A stretch of DNA of 64,000 nucleotides. Source: Antedon mediterranea (Eukaryota > Animalia > Echinodermata). The stretch is taken from contig NC_092674.1 in assembly GCF_964355755.1 (NCBI RefSeq), forward strand, positions 6,324,001 to 6,388,000, given 5' to 3'. Positions 1 to 13,595 of the stretch are shown here, piece by piece. How positions within the stretch are numbered: position 1 is the first letter of the stretch; the number at the start of each line of letters is the position of its first letter. The position numbers and the translations under genes were made by a program. The notes beneath the pieces were generated by a model. It was not told the origin of the DNA. It saw only the letters and a program-made list of their open reading frames with translations, and did no database searches.

Positions 1-346
1 CTCTTGAATTTGAATTTGTTGTTGTTTTTTGGCAGTTAGTGAGGATGGATCTGATTGGTTGAGAAATAAATTAATTCCTTGTTTACCATTCAAAATATCT
101 TCCTGAATGCTACCAATGTTCTTAGAATTCACACTACCATTCAGAGTAGCTTAACTGAATGCTAACTGACTTTTATAAGCATTCCGATTATTAATTGGTT
201 TAAACTATGAATGCCTAAAATCTTGAAATGACCACTAAATTAGCATTCAAATGCTTATCGAATGCTTATCGAAGGCTATTTAAGCATTCGGCTTTGCTAA
301 GGGACCCTGTCTTGTTGTGTATGTCAATTATAAATTGTATACTTAC

Positions 347-3300
347 CATCAATACCAATTCCAAATCCAAAAGTCAAGATAGTCACTTTGAACAGAAGTG
401 CTTGATTTCTCTGCAATAATGTTTCCATTACTGCATCTTTACTATCAGTTGGTATTCCATCGGTCAAGAATAATATTAACTGGCCTAAAATAAAGTATTT
501 AAAATTGTTCCTAAAGCTCTGTCTAAACAAAAATGTGATGTGCCCTTAAATTGACATGATGATGTCATATCACTCCCATATTTTGGGTATATCACTACCA
601 TATTTGGGCACATAACACTTTTTTTTGTTAAACTAGTTTGATAGTGCAGACAGCAGAAATATATTGCTATGGTTGAGAAAATGAAAACTATAAATCTTCT
701 ATCAAACTTCATACAGATGAGCAAAAATATAACAAATTTAAATGTAATATTGTTTATTGTTACTGGGGAATTGGAATACAGTAGTATGCACCTGTAATAA
801 TTGTCCGCTTGATGTATACTTTGAGAATAATGTAAAAACGATTCTACTGCAGTTACTGCAGTAAATTCCATTTTGTTTGCGACTGCTTCATAAACTTTCA
901 CATTGAATCAAACTAAAATCAGCGAGTAAATAAATGTAGTTACTGCAGTAACTGCACATTCTTATCTTTTCAAACTTTAATTTGTGCTGTTAATACAAAA
1001 TATCATTTAAAAAATACATTTGAAAAAAGTAATCATTCATTGACAACTTACTTCGAAATTGGTTTTCAGGAATAGAGCTCTCCAGAAGATCAAATGCCAA
1101 ATTGATAGCATTTACATAGTATGTATCACCTGTAGTAAAAACAGATTTTTATTTACATATACAGGTACCTCCATGTCCATACTTTGAATAGAATAGAAGA
1201 CAAGACAACATTTTCCACCAGTATGGCGTGCGAGTTTTGACTTTTGACTTCACTGGAATCGTGAGAGTTTTGACTAATATAGTCGAAAAGTTTTAAAATC
1301 ACAATAAAATTGTTTTCATACTGAGAATGTACCTACTTTGTTTGTGTACATACCAGAAGGTGAAATGTTATTAATTTCAGCTTCGAGACCTAAGCCATTA
1401 AATGCTGAAGCCTCTGCTAATCTTTCTGAGTGACAACCACTATCTGGTGTTGAAGCTTCAGTAGAAAAAGACACAAGTCCAACCTAAATTAACAAAAACA
1501 AACTTTAATATTTCCCAGAGAGAAGGTATTATTACGGTCGTTAGTACTACTACTACTATGGTTTTTTTAAACAGAGAGCATTATTTTCTATGATGAAAAT
1601 TAAATACACAAACATACACGGTCACTTGGATTCAGGGTCTTTAAAACCGTTATTGCTGCTTCTTGAGCAATGTCCATCAAAGTCCGACCATTGTGCTCAG
1701 TTGACATGGATCCACTTCTATCAATTACCAGAACTACGTCTTTTGGCATTGGTGTTGCTGCTTCTATAAACCATGGCCTAATAGGAGATTAAGTTTAGTT
1801 ATTGTTTTATAACTATCACTCAGCCAGCACAATTCAATGGGATACTCCTTCAAATAAAAACAAATTAGGCTAGAAGTATCATATTATTACTTATCCTAAT
1901 TCCACTAAATTGAAATCATGTGACTCGAAAAGTGTTTGCAGAGGTCAGAAATCAGTTTCGCGTGGATATATTCGCCTACTGAACAAAAGGCTTTAAGACG
2001 ATTAAAAACTAACCTATACCGTGCGTCATATTTGACACAGTCTAATGTTTCTGCAGTCGGATACTGATGAAGCCCTCCTACATCATCTCCATAGAACTGC
2101 CACAAAACGTTTTGTTGATTGTAAATTGTCTTCATCTCGTTAAATGCGTCTTCAGAAAGCATGTGGGGTTCAGCAGATGCTGTACTGCTGATTCGGGTAC
2201 AAAGTTTGGAAAAATCAGTCTAAGTTTAAAAAAAAACAAACAAAAAGTTTATTCTCTACAAGAGAACTGCAAAATATTACTGATTCATGCAAGATTTTCT
2301 TTCATAACCTAAAGCTCTCTGTCTACACTATCAAAATATAGTTTGACAAAAAAGGGTGATGTGCCCAAATATGGTAGTGATATGACATCATCATGTCCAT
2401 GGGGCACATTTTTTTTGTCACATAAAGTGTTCACAAATTAATAATACGGGGTTAGGCTTGATGCAAATAAAGAAATGATGCAAACCTTATAAATACATGG
2501 GTAAATTATAGTGTAATAAAAGGATAAATAAAATTATCTTACCGGTTGCTTAAATTGATGGTTATCTTCAAAGCCATCGAGCGAAACTTCACAGCACTGT
2601 GGCCAGGCACTCATTTCGTTATTAGTACTAATTGAAGTTTTGACAATTTCAACCAACTGTTTTGTCACATCAATTGCATTTTGATACTTGTATTGTAAGG
2701 ACGTCTTCAACTGGAAAGAAGAGAAACACTCCTATTAGAAAGTTTTAAGAAAATATACAATACACTGCCAACAATACCAATAACAAAATCATCTTGATCA
2801 TCTTTATCAAACTGGTCTTGCGATATATTTCAAATGCAAGAAAGAAAACAGGTAGGATGCTTAAATGAGATGATGATAGACTAAGATGAAGTTATGAGAC
2901 TTTAAAAAACTTAAGATAAAAGAAATTGGTGAAATGAAATTTGTGGTTACAAAATGGCCAATAATTCGATGTCAGATTTTAGGATCCTCAATGCGATACT
3001 CCTGTTCCGCAACAACTTTTTTATAAAGATATACTAACAATTATATTTAAGACTACTAAAGCATTGATTAGTAACACAATATGCCTAGTCCTACTGTTTT
3101 TACAAAAGACATAAGTTCGATGCACTGCGCAAACAATTGTATACTTACTGTATCAGCAAGATCCCCTCCATTCTCTTTTTCTATATTATCATAATCGTAT
3201 TTGTTTAATATATCCTAAAAAAAGAATAAAATGATTAAAAGTAATTGAGGGAAATGTGTTATCGTGTTGCAATATTTATAAACATTTTTTTTAAAATTTA

Positions 3301-4048
3301 AATTTCTTTTAAAATGATAAAATACGTCAGAAAGTAGGCTAGTTTAAACAAAATAAAAATTGTACTCCGTATTCTGTGTTAAACCATATTGAAAATATAT
3401 GTAGTAAAATAGCGCCGCCATCGGTTTATTATGATTATATACGCAACACAATTGAACTACTGTACACTGTAATCAGTGGTCCGTAATTATGTCATCATGG
3501 AAAAAACCGAAAAACCCACTAATCGACATGCGAAAAATTCGAAGTTACGCCGTATTGAAAAACATGCACTTAAGTTTGTCGGGCAAAATAATTTGTTAAT
3601 AGAAATTTGCCAAAGTTTGCTTCAAACTGACAAACCGTTCGTTAAAAACTATACCGTAGTTTGCTGATGTTTGTAAACTCAGCCAAGGAATCAAATCACA
3701 CTAAATATATAAATTGGTTTACTAGAATGCAATACAAATAAATTAGTAGCTGATGATGATCAATAGGTTTATTATTATTAAAATGGGTTAGTTAGTGCAA
3801 ACATGTAGGAATCCTCCATGGTGCAACTAATAAGATCGTTAGTCTATTAACTATAACAGAAAATATACATTTTTAAATTGTTTTAATGTATATTGGGAAA
3901 ACCTTACCTGCATTGTTTGAACTCCAAGTACATCATTTGTCAAAATCGAAAGTTGATTAGACAACATTGTCGCATCGAGGTTTTGGCATTTCGACTGATG
4001 TATTGAATTTAAAAATAACAAACTCAAAATAATCTCAACTAACAACAT
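347..4048 (-). CDS. VWA and Cache domain-containing protein (CACHD1 / alpha2delta-like), 5' exons; gene continues past the left edge
   Basis: Frame-compatible GT-AG exons: 3908-4048 (signal peptide MLLVEIILSLL..LGVQTMQ), 3149-3214, 2543-2710, 2014-2219 (..WQFYG..YDARYR), 1618-1777 (PWFIEAATPMPKDVVLVIDRSGSM), 1354-1483, 1052-1129 (GDTYY), 347-484 (LILFLTDG..VTILTFGFG). YDxRxRPW followed by a VWA domain is the alpha2delta/CACHD1 signature. Confidence 0.85.
515..654. mobile_element. Tourist/PIF-Harbinger-like MITE family A, degenerate copy
   Basis: Begins AGCTCTGTCTA.. and contains CATATCACTACCATATTTGGG, as in the other family A copies. Confidence 0.7.
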
Positions 4049-4705
4049 TCTAGGACTGTAAAACTAAAGAAATTATGCAATATATTATTTTACTATATTT
4101 AGAATAGACCATCGATATGGAATAAACATATTGACTTCCTGTTGGCATCGGACCCAATTATCTGTAATAGAAATGGTTAGAATTGAATCTAAAAGGGTAA
4201 GCGGCCTGTTTAGAATTTAATATAGATATATAGCAATATTCAATACAAAGCATGCCTACCATACCTTATTTGAAACTGTACTGGCTTGTACCGTAGTTCC
4301 ATTCAAACATAATAATAGAAATGAAACCTTTCTAAATCGAGTTCAAAGGGGGGTTTTCCATGAAAATAAAGGGAGCATTTGCGATACAAACGGGCAAAAA
4401 TATTACCCTTTGTGAGATAAGCACAAAAGGTATTACAAATAAATCAAATATTATTGAGGAGTGTACCAAAGGACCACTTCTTAAAATAGTGAAAATCGCT
4501 CTAGTTCACGATATTCACTCTTCCAACGGTGAAATACTTTTTTTACAACTACAATTTTATCCACTCTTAAGAGTTTGATCACTCTTTACAGTGAAAACAT
4601 TTTCACAAGAGAGCGAGTGGTATATTTACTCGTATACATGAGAAAGCATGTATGCAAATATATTGTCACATGACATTAACAAATGTAATTGGTTTTGAAA
4701 AAATA

Positions 4706-5095
4706 GTTAAGTAAGGAAGTAGTTTAGTAAGGAAGTAAGAAGTTTAGTAAGGAAGTAAGAAGTTTAGTAAGGAAGAAGTTTAGTAAGGAAGTAAGAAGTT
4801 TAGTAAGAAAGTAAGAAGTTTACTAAGGAAGTAAGAAGTTTACTAAGGAAGAAGTTTAGTAAGAAGTTTATTAAGGAAGAAGTTTAGTAAAGGAAGAAGT
4901 TTATATTAGTAAGGAAGAAGTTTAGTAAGGAAGAGGTTTAGTAAAGAAGAAGTTGAGTAAGGAAGATGTTTAGTAAGGAAGAAGTTCAGTAAGGAAGTAG
5001 TTTAAGGAAGATGTTGAGTAAAGTTGAGTAAGGAAGAAGTTTAAGGAAGAAGTTTAAGGAAGAAGTTTCAGGAAGAAGTTTAGTAATGAAGAAGT
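4706..5095. repeat. Degenerate purine-rich minisatellite (AGTAAGGAAG(T)AAGTTT, ~15-20 bp units)
   Basis: Tandem copies directly visible. Confidence 0.9.
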
Positions 5096-5393
5096 AATAA
5101 AAAGCGAATAAATAAGAAAGTAAATGTACAATTACGCATTAATGATACACTCCTAACACTGGCTTATTCTCCACTGAAAGCTGTATTTCCACAGTCACCA
5201 AGATTCATGACAGAAGCACCAACACTACGAATTTAATCCCTGACACCACAGTTTCATTACCACAACCACCAGTGACCAACAGTGTCATATCCACTATCGC
5301 AAAAGAAAATGGGAAAAACAAGATAAAATAAATACAAACTCACATTTTCTTTAATTTAAAACGTCAACGATAAAGTAACAGCCAGAATAGTTA

Positions 5394-5430
5394 GCAGAGC
5401 TTTCGGGCAACACTAGCCCTTCATCAGTGC
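5394..5430 (-). ncRNA. Minimal type I hammerhead ribozyme motif, Penelope pseudo-LTR type
   Basis: Minus strand reads GCA CTGATGA A GGGC TAGTGTT GCCC GAAA GC TC TGC: core boxes, 4-bp stem II, palindromic minimal stem III, stem I GCA/TGC. Confidence 0.7.
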
Positions 5431-5505
5431 AAGTGAAGGAATTTGGATAACGTCATAGTATAAAGCTGGCAAGTGCTGCCTGGGTGGACCGGAATAAAAG
5501 AAATA

Positions 5506-6305
<800 letters not shown>

Positions 6306-6695
6306 TATAGCAAGAACATCAAGTAGGCCTACACATATGTTTTGAAATAAAAATATAAATGTTCTCACTTTTCACTTATGCAGAACCCATGAAGTGTATT
6401 AACAATAATAAGTTCGCCATTCAGTTTCTCTATTCACGCCTAACGTATGGGTCTATGAAATTTTGACAGTGATATTATATTTATTTATAAAACACATTGT
6501 TGTACTTTATTGTATTCTTTATGGTTTTTACGAGTATTATTCTTTAGCATAACACCCATTGTTCGCAAACCCTGAATTGATTTTCAGTTTTCAAGCATTC
6601 GAATACCATTAAACGACTTATAATATAGAGGTAGGCCCAGTCATTGAAATTGCCAATATTTTACTGTATAGTTTCCTGGACGAAACGTGCGGACA

Positions 6696-7040
6696 CACGG
6701 CGCCTCAGCCGTGTTCATACGACGCCTCAGACGTGTTCACACGATGCATCAGTCGTCTTCTGACGACGCATCAACCGTGTTCATACGACGACTCAGCCGC
6801 AATCACACGACGCTTCAGCTGTGTTCATACGACGCCTCAGCCGCAATTACACGACGCCTCAGCAGTGTTCTCACGACGCCTCAGCCGCAATCACTCGACG
6901 CCTCAGCCGTGTTCATATGACGCCTCAGCCGCAATCACACGACGCCTAAGCAGTGTTCATACGACGCCTCAGTCGTGTTCATACGACGCCTCAGTCGTGT
7001 TCATACGACGCCTCAGCCGTGTTCACACGACGCCTCGGAC
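6696..7040. repeat. 22-bp CpG-rich minisatellite (ACGACGCCTCAGCCGTGTTCAT / ..CCGCAATCAC), ~15 units
   Basis: Directly visible tandem units of two variant types. Confidence 0.9.
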
Positions 7041-7345
7041 GCGTTGACATGTACAGTAACAATCAAGGGTAATTATTTTCTAGATCAACAAACGCGGGTA
7101 TACTTTAGACACAATAAGCCGCCTACATTATAATTAATGATACGATCATAAATACTAATACGTTACTAATTGTTTTTTATTGAGTGAGTCGGGGAGAGGG
7201 TGATTGAGAAAGATGTCCGGTTTATTAATTAAATTTACAGTCAACATCAGTCAAACATGAGCAAAATTCAGTTCCGTCATGTACCACCAACAAAGAAACT
7301 GTTGTATAATGACTGCGCACTGTAGAGTTTAACAGCGAGTCCACG

Positions 7346-7965
7346 GTAAGTGATGATGTAGTCGACTAATCAAAGCAGTTGCTTATTGATATTTTATTCC
7401 AAACAATTCAGTGATTTATAACAGTTGCTACACTGATGTGTTAATATTTATATATCGATTATGAGTGATATCACGCTTGCACTGAGCAGAATCAGTAGAT
7501 ATTGATAATATTGTACATTAGCTATAATTAATAATAGACACGATACGGTGCCGGATTCACACACGATTCAAAAAGGCCCGAACGTGGAATACGTTGTTGG
7601 ACAGATTGTTGTACGCTACCAGGCAATAAACACAGCAGTGTTCAGAGTATTTCTTCGACTCATGGTTTGTTATATATGACACATGTCAACGAAATTATAA
7701 GTTTAAAAAGATAAACTTTAATGAACTTGAACTTTTTGACAGTTGACATATTTATTTTGTTGCATTTGAAACACGTTGTTGGACAGACATATTGTTTTAT
7801 GCTACCAGGCAATAAAACAGCAGAATTTAGATTAAACCATTGCATCGACTCATGATCTCTTATATGGCACACGTCAACGACAGAAAGAGGTAACTTGCAA
7901 AAGCAAAGATACAGAAACCGTATAAATTAATGCACTTGGCCAACCTGACTTTTTGACAATTGTAG
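7346..7965 (+). other. Putative 5'-UTR intron of the ZIP gene
   Basis: Donor ACG|GTAAGT at 7346; CTGAC branch-like motif and TTGTAG acceptor at 7965, 32 nt before the ATG. Confidence 0.5.
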
Positions 7966-7997
7966 GCCTATTCTGTCGCATTACTATTTAAGTAAAT

Positions 7998-8960
7998 ATG
8001 GATGAACAAGGTTTAAAGATACTATCTATATTCTGTTTGTTATTGATTGCAATCATATTTGGATTAGCACCTTTGTACTGTGTATGGCGTTATCAAGATG
8101 GAAACGAATCCAACAGATTTCAGGTATGGTTTTCGTTTATGAACGCGTTCGCCGGAGGTGTGTTCATGTCAATTGCACTATTACATCTTTTACCCGAAGT
8201 TCGTGAATTGTTAGAAAACGCGTTTACTGCAAACGGTAAAACGTATTCTTATTCATGGGCTGAGCTTATCGCATCAATAGGATTCTTCTTGATTGGGTTT
8301 TTGGATGTCGGTGTGGAAGTATGCCTGGATAAACTTGGTGAACACCAAGACTATGAAAATATGGCATTTGCTTCTGCTTCTTCAAGTCCTCAATCGTACT
8401 CCAGCCAAAATGACATAGCACTGTACGAAAGTGATTCTCCTCAGGAAGAAGAAAAGAGAAAAGTTGACGAAGGAGGAAACAAGCCTAGTATACACGGGCA
8501 TGTTACTCCTCCTAGTGACATACTTCCGGCGTTTGTCCTCCTTCTTTCACTATCGGTGCATTCAATTTTTGAAGGGTTGTCTCTGGGCCTGCAATCAACA
8601 ACAGCAGGAGTATTAGATTTATTTATCGCTATTGCTATACATAAAGGGATAGAAGCAATGGGCGTGGCTATAAGTGTTGCGAAGAGTAAAATGCGGACAT
8701 TGAATAAGATCATTTGTATGGTCGTCTTCTCTCTGATGTCACCAGTTGGCATCATCATCGGAATGCAAATCACATCTTCAGATTCAAACTCACGTGATAT
8801 GGTGTCGGGTGTTTTACAAGGGCTAGCAACCGGAACTTTTCTTTATATAACATTTTTGGAGATTCTGCCGCACGAGCTCAAATCAAAGAAATATCGTCTG
8901 GCTAAACTTGCTGCAGTTTTAATCGGATTTTCAACTATAGCTGGCGTTCTAGCAATTTAA
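7998..8960 (+). CDS. ZIP-family zinc transporter, SLC39A1/2/3-like (subfamily II), 320 aa, intronless CDS
   Basis: Eight hydrophobic segments; motifs FAGGVF..LLHLLPE, HSIFEGL (TM4), IHK (TM5), FSLMSPVGI, GTFLYITFLEILPHEL. Confidence 0.95.
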   Translation: MDEQGLKILSIFCLLLIAIIFGLAPLYCVWRYQDGNESNRFQVWFSFMNAFAGGVFMSIALLHLLPEVRELLENAFTANGKTYSYSWAELIASIGFFLIGFLDVGVEVCLDKLGEHQDYENMAFASASSSPQSYSSQNDIALYESDSPQEEEKRKVDEGGNKPSIHGHVTPPSDILPAFVLLLSLSVHSIFEGLSLGLQSTTAGVLDLFIAIAIHKGIEAMGVAISVAKSKMRTLNKIICMVVFSLMSPVGIIIGMQITSSDSNSRDMVSGVLQGLATGTFLYITFLEILPHELKSKKYRLAKLAAVLIGFSTIAGVLAI

Positions 8961-10791
8961 CTTTTCAATAAACTCACCACAGCCGTGCAACACATTATAA
9001 CAATACGTATTTATATATATTTAAGCGAGCGTCTTCGGAAGCGACTCAGTAAAGTATGGCCGACATATATACATACATCTTAGAACATCATACAAATAAA
9101 TATTATTATATTTAATAATTCAACACACAGAAACAAGGCATATTTGTTCACCTGTCTGTTGGTATGGCAAGATTTATCGATCGATACAGAAATGAAATAC
9201 TATATCGTACACTAGATTTAGCCAATTTATTTATACTGCGAGTGTTTATATAGTTACTATAGTATTTGTATACATTATTATAATTTTGTTAATATATTGT
9301 ACCGTCTGTAATTTTTTAAGGATAGCGCATGAATGCGAATATTATACCACATTGTATAGGGTGGTCTATTGATTATTCAATATTTTTTTATGTTTTTAGT
9401 GAAAAGTCACAATTGTTGTTATTAAACGAAATCACATATTGCGTAGGTTAAACTTGTGCCTTTTTTCCGTCATAGAATCATCGGCGCAGATCCGTTTTTT
9501 TTATAGTGTGGGGAAGGGGGGAGGGAGGGGTCGTATAAAAATTGAAATTCGGTCGGTCGGCTCTTTGAGTAATTTATAGGGCGTTTCAATCGATTTCTCA
9601 GCAGATAAAAATTCCGCCAAAAAGAATACAATTATTTTTGCTGTTCAAAATTGAAGGGAACAATCCCCACTAAAAAAAATATGTGGGGGAAATGTCCCCC
9701 AATTATGTTTCAAAAAAAAAAAAGGGGGAGGGGGCGACACTCCCCTATGATTGATATATGAAAAAGAAATCGAAGTCAAAACTCCTGCACAAAAAAACAT
9801 TTTATTCTGAATATGTTTAAAATACGAAATATTACAATTATTCACATCTACAGGTATACCATTCTTAATTGAATATTTAAAAAATGAAAATAAACACGAA
9901 TTATAATTTATAATATAATATACTAATAAGGAATATTGATGACTGCACCAGTGCAAATACTATACTACTTAAATTACATGAACGAAAATATTGTACAGAT
10001 AAAACTTATCATCTTAATGTACTGTAATATTTAAAAACGTTATATCGTAGTACACTAATACAGCAACCCGATTCTTCAGCTGTCACTAGGTAGAGTGTAA
10101 CCGACCATCGACAGTCATCTTAAAATGACGCGAAAATAAAGCGCTTAACATTCTACATAAAACAACAAAAACACTGCGATTGAAATAAATCGTTTACTTT
10201 AATACGAAGACACGATTACTGTACAAAACTGTACTGACTTACTGCAGGCTAATAAAACGATGATAGGATAATAATAATAAGTACAAAACAAGTTATTTCC
10301 GAATTACGTCGAACGGGTGGATTATTATACATATGAGCAAAAATTTAAAAATTCCCAGCGCGATTTGAAAGCATTTTGGCAAAAAACATTTTTCGAGAAA
10401 AGTGCAAAATAGTGTGATGTTATTTGATTGACTTCACTACTAAACAATACATTAAAGTAACATAATAACAAATAACGTTTCGTCAAGATTTAAAAAAAAT
10501 ATTCTAAAAGATATTTTTTTGGTCGTACTGTATTCATTTAAGTCATACACAATTAGACGTCTGAAAGCCCTTTAAATGTCTATACAATATTTTCAAAGCT
10601 GCAAAATAAAAATACGGAACTGAAAAATTGTATTATATCATAACTACGTTTTATCCACAAAATACGAGCACTTCTTCCACTTGCTAAATGTACAGCACCC
10701 TGATGACAAAGAATAATAATCTTAATATACAAACAATATAGTCCGAGTTACTTCGCTCTGGTGCGCACCACGATAATAACATTCCATGTTA

Positions 10792-10950
10792 AGCTTGGTT
10801 CCCACTAGAGACGAAAACGCAAGGACGTAAACGCAACACAAGCGTGTTGACTAATCACAAGCGACAGTTTGAATAATCCATCGCTTGTGATTGGTCGAAT
10901 CACTTACGTTGCGCTTACGCTCTTGCGTTGCGTCCTAGTTGGAACCAAGA
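10792..10950. mobile_element. Tourist-like MITE family B copy
   Basis: AGCTTGGTTCCCACTAG.. terminus with inverted partner ..CTAGTTGGAACCAAG; same family as 55891-56069. Confidence 0.75.
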
Positions 10951-12761
10951 TATCAATACCAGAGAATGATAATACAACATACACATTGAGATACAACTGT
11001 AAATAATTAAAAATTGTAGCTCTACATATACGTTTATATTCTGGTATACCTTAAGCTCTGTCTACACTATCAAACTAGTTTGACAAAACAAGTTTTTTTG
11101 TCACATAAAATTTGATAATGTAGATAAGGCTTTAGTTAAATGTTTATGATTATTTTGAACTGTGGGCCTATACACTGATCATCCTTCAACAAAGGGAACT
11201 TTCCCCACGCTACCTACATAACTCAAGTTAAGGCACGAAGATATTATAGTGTATGAACCTCTAAGGGTAAGGGGTAACACAATTACGGAATTTACCCGGT
11301 ATTCACCGCCCGATACGTTCCAATATACACCTATGTTGGATAAAATTAACAAACAAATTAACAATACGATATGAAATTACTGTATAACTATTCACCGAAA
11401 GGGTTAGTAATACGTTTGGTCGATTATTTTAATGAACTATTATCAAAAATAGATTATGTAAAATAATAATTTACAATTATATATCTAAATCTCTATATAC
11501 TTTTAGTATATAAACATTATTTTGCAATATATATACACAATGGTTAATTGTCTACGGTTTGGTAGCAGATGTCGGATTTAGTTTTAAAATATAGTAGTAG
11601 TACCTATTTTAACAGTGAGGGTGTTAAACGTTTTGAACTTCTCCACATTATCATTATTAAAATGCATAGATAAATATATACACAGACAAGAGTTTTTCAC
11701 GATAGAAAGTATTGTATACTACCATATCTTCTTATTGAATATAAAAATATATATTTGCAAATGGTCATAAAATCACATCAATCAATTTGCATAACATTTG
11801 AATAATTGCATAAGTTAATCATATATTTTGGATATCATTGAATTATTGTTTCACCTGTCAGTCAGCTGTAAAACCACTTTTTGTAAATTAATAGTTTAGT
11901 TTATAGTGGAATGTGTTTTGGCGGCAAATGCCTTCCATATGAAATGGAAAGTACTGTACATCTTGTTTTGGTTCGTTACAGTCTTTGTGGAGGCAATATT
12001 TATAAAAATAGGGACATGCTAATGGAGTGAAATGGTGAACAGACAGTGATGTGACGTCTACAATTGATTTGGGTAAAAGATCATAAACCGTTGGGGGTGC
12101 TAAACTTTATACACACAATGGTCAGATTATCTTACAATTAACATTGTTTAATATTGGCATATAATTTAGAAGATTAAATAAATTCAAAATTTACTCAATG
12201 ATATGATTTTAGATATGTTGGCGTCAAGTGCCTTCAATAGACAGACAATATATGCATACATATAGATTTATAGATTTAAAATATATATATTTAATTGATT
12301 TAAATTACATAAGATTAATATATTTAAATATAGCCCTGTTTTTCGTTGCTCCGTACCTTAGAATATAAACTCCAAGAAAGTATCTAAAAATTGACTTTCT
12401 TATTCATCTGTGATATAAACTACAAAATTAAAATCTTAATTGCAAAATAACTATCTATTATTTACACCTACACCTAATATTAAATTGAGCACGAACTCAT
12501 CATCAGTTTTTTTAAATGTGTCCTATAAAATACTAATTTTTTCAAATCTAAAATTGCTCTGTGACAGTTCAGTCTTTAATTTAAATATCATTGCAGCAAA
12601 CAAATAAAACAGACTTTCCAAAATCTTTATCAAAAAATAAAAAACAATTAACATCTACAGAAATATACATAAAACTATGGAAATAGAGTTTTCCTCATAT
12701 TGCAGTCATTTTTACTGGAGATGCCTTCCAGTTATTGTATATCACCAGTACCATTTACAAT

Positions 12762-12954
12762 AGCTCTGTCTACACTATCAAACTTTTTATGACAAAAAAA
12801 TGTGATGTGTCCATATACTCGATGATGCCATATTACTACCATATTTGGGCACATCATGATGTCTCCAAATATGGTGGTGATATGCTTAAATATGATAGTA
12901 ATATGACATCATGTCTATATATATCACACAAAGTTTGATAGTGTAGACAGAGCT
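12762..12954. mobile_element. MITE family A copy
   Basis: TIR AGCTCTGTCTACACTATCAAAC / GTTTGATAGTGTAGACAGAGCT. Confidence 0.85.
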
Positions 12955-13595
12955 TAAGTTTGTTTCCTCTAAAATCCCTTGTGGGTTTGTGAGTATGGAC
13001 AGGGATGTTGAGAATGGCTCCATTATATTTTATTGTCTATAGCCAAGTTACGGATGGATCTACTTAAAACAAAGTCTGTCTCTTTATAACAACAAAAATG
13101 AATGTGCTCTAAAAAACAATATCTTTGTAGACCATCACTGTGTGCATTTTTACCAATTTTTCAATCATTTAATTATTTCTATGAGTAAATACCTTTTGGA
13201 TTTAACCACCTGAATAAAATGAGCTACCACACTAACTGAATGTGCTGTATCTACTAATGTGCAATTGTAATAGTTTACTGACCTGGGTTTGACCTGGGTT
13301 TAGCTAAGATTGATCCAATGAGCTTACACCAGTTATGCATCAACGGTTTTTCCTTTCTTGTCCCAATCTAATTACCTCTAGTCTCTTTCTTCTTGTATAT
13401 TACTAAAACTAAAAGGTTCTTACACAATAAACTTTGACCTATTTTAGATACAGTACAGTACAGAACAGCCTTATGGGCCACGAGGCCCGAAGAGGTTAGG
13501 TAAGGTAAGATACAGTACATAACAGTACTACAAACCTGAATAATAGATATGTCTTTTTAATTAGAAAAGTGACAAACCATTGTCCCATCAAGGGG

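Noticed and set aside
8441-8773. Antisense ORFs over real CDS (also 54584-54883, 13630-13839, 63310-63537)
   Set aside because: Shadow frames of genuine coding exons.
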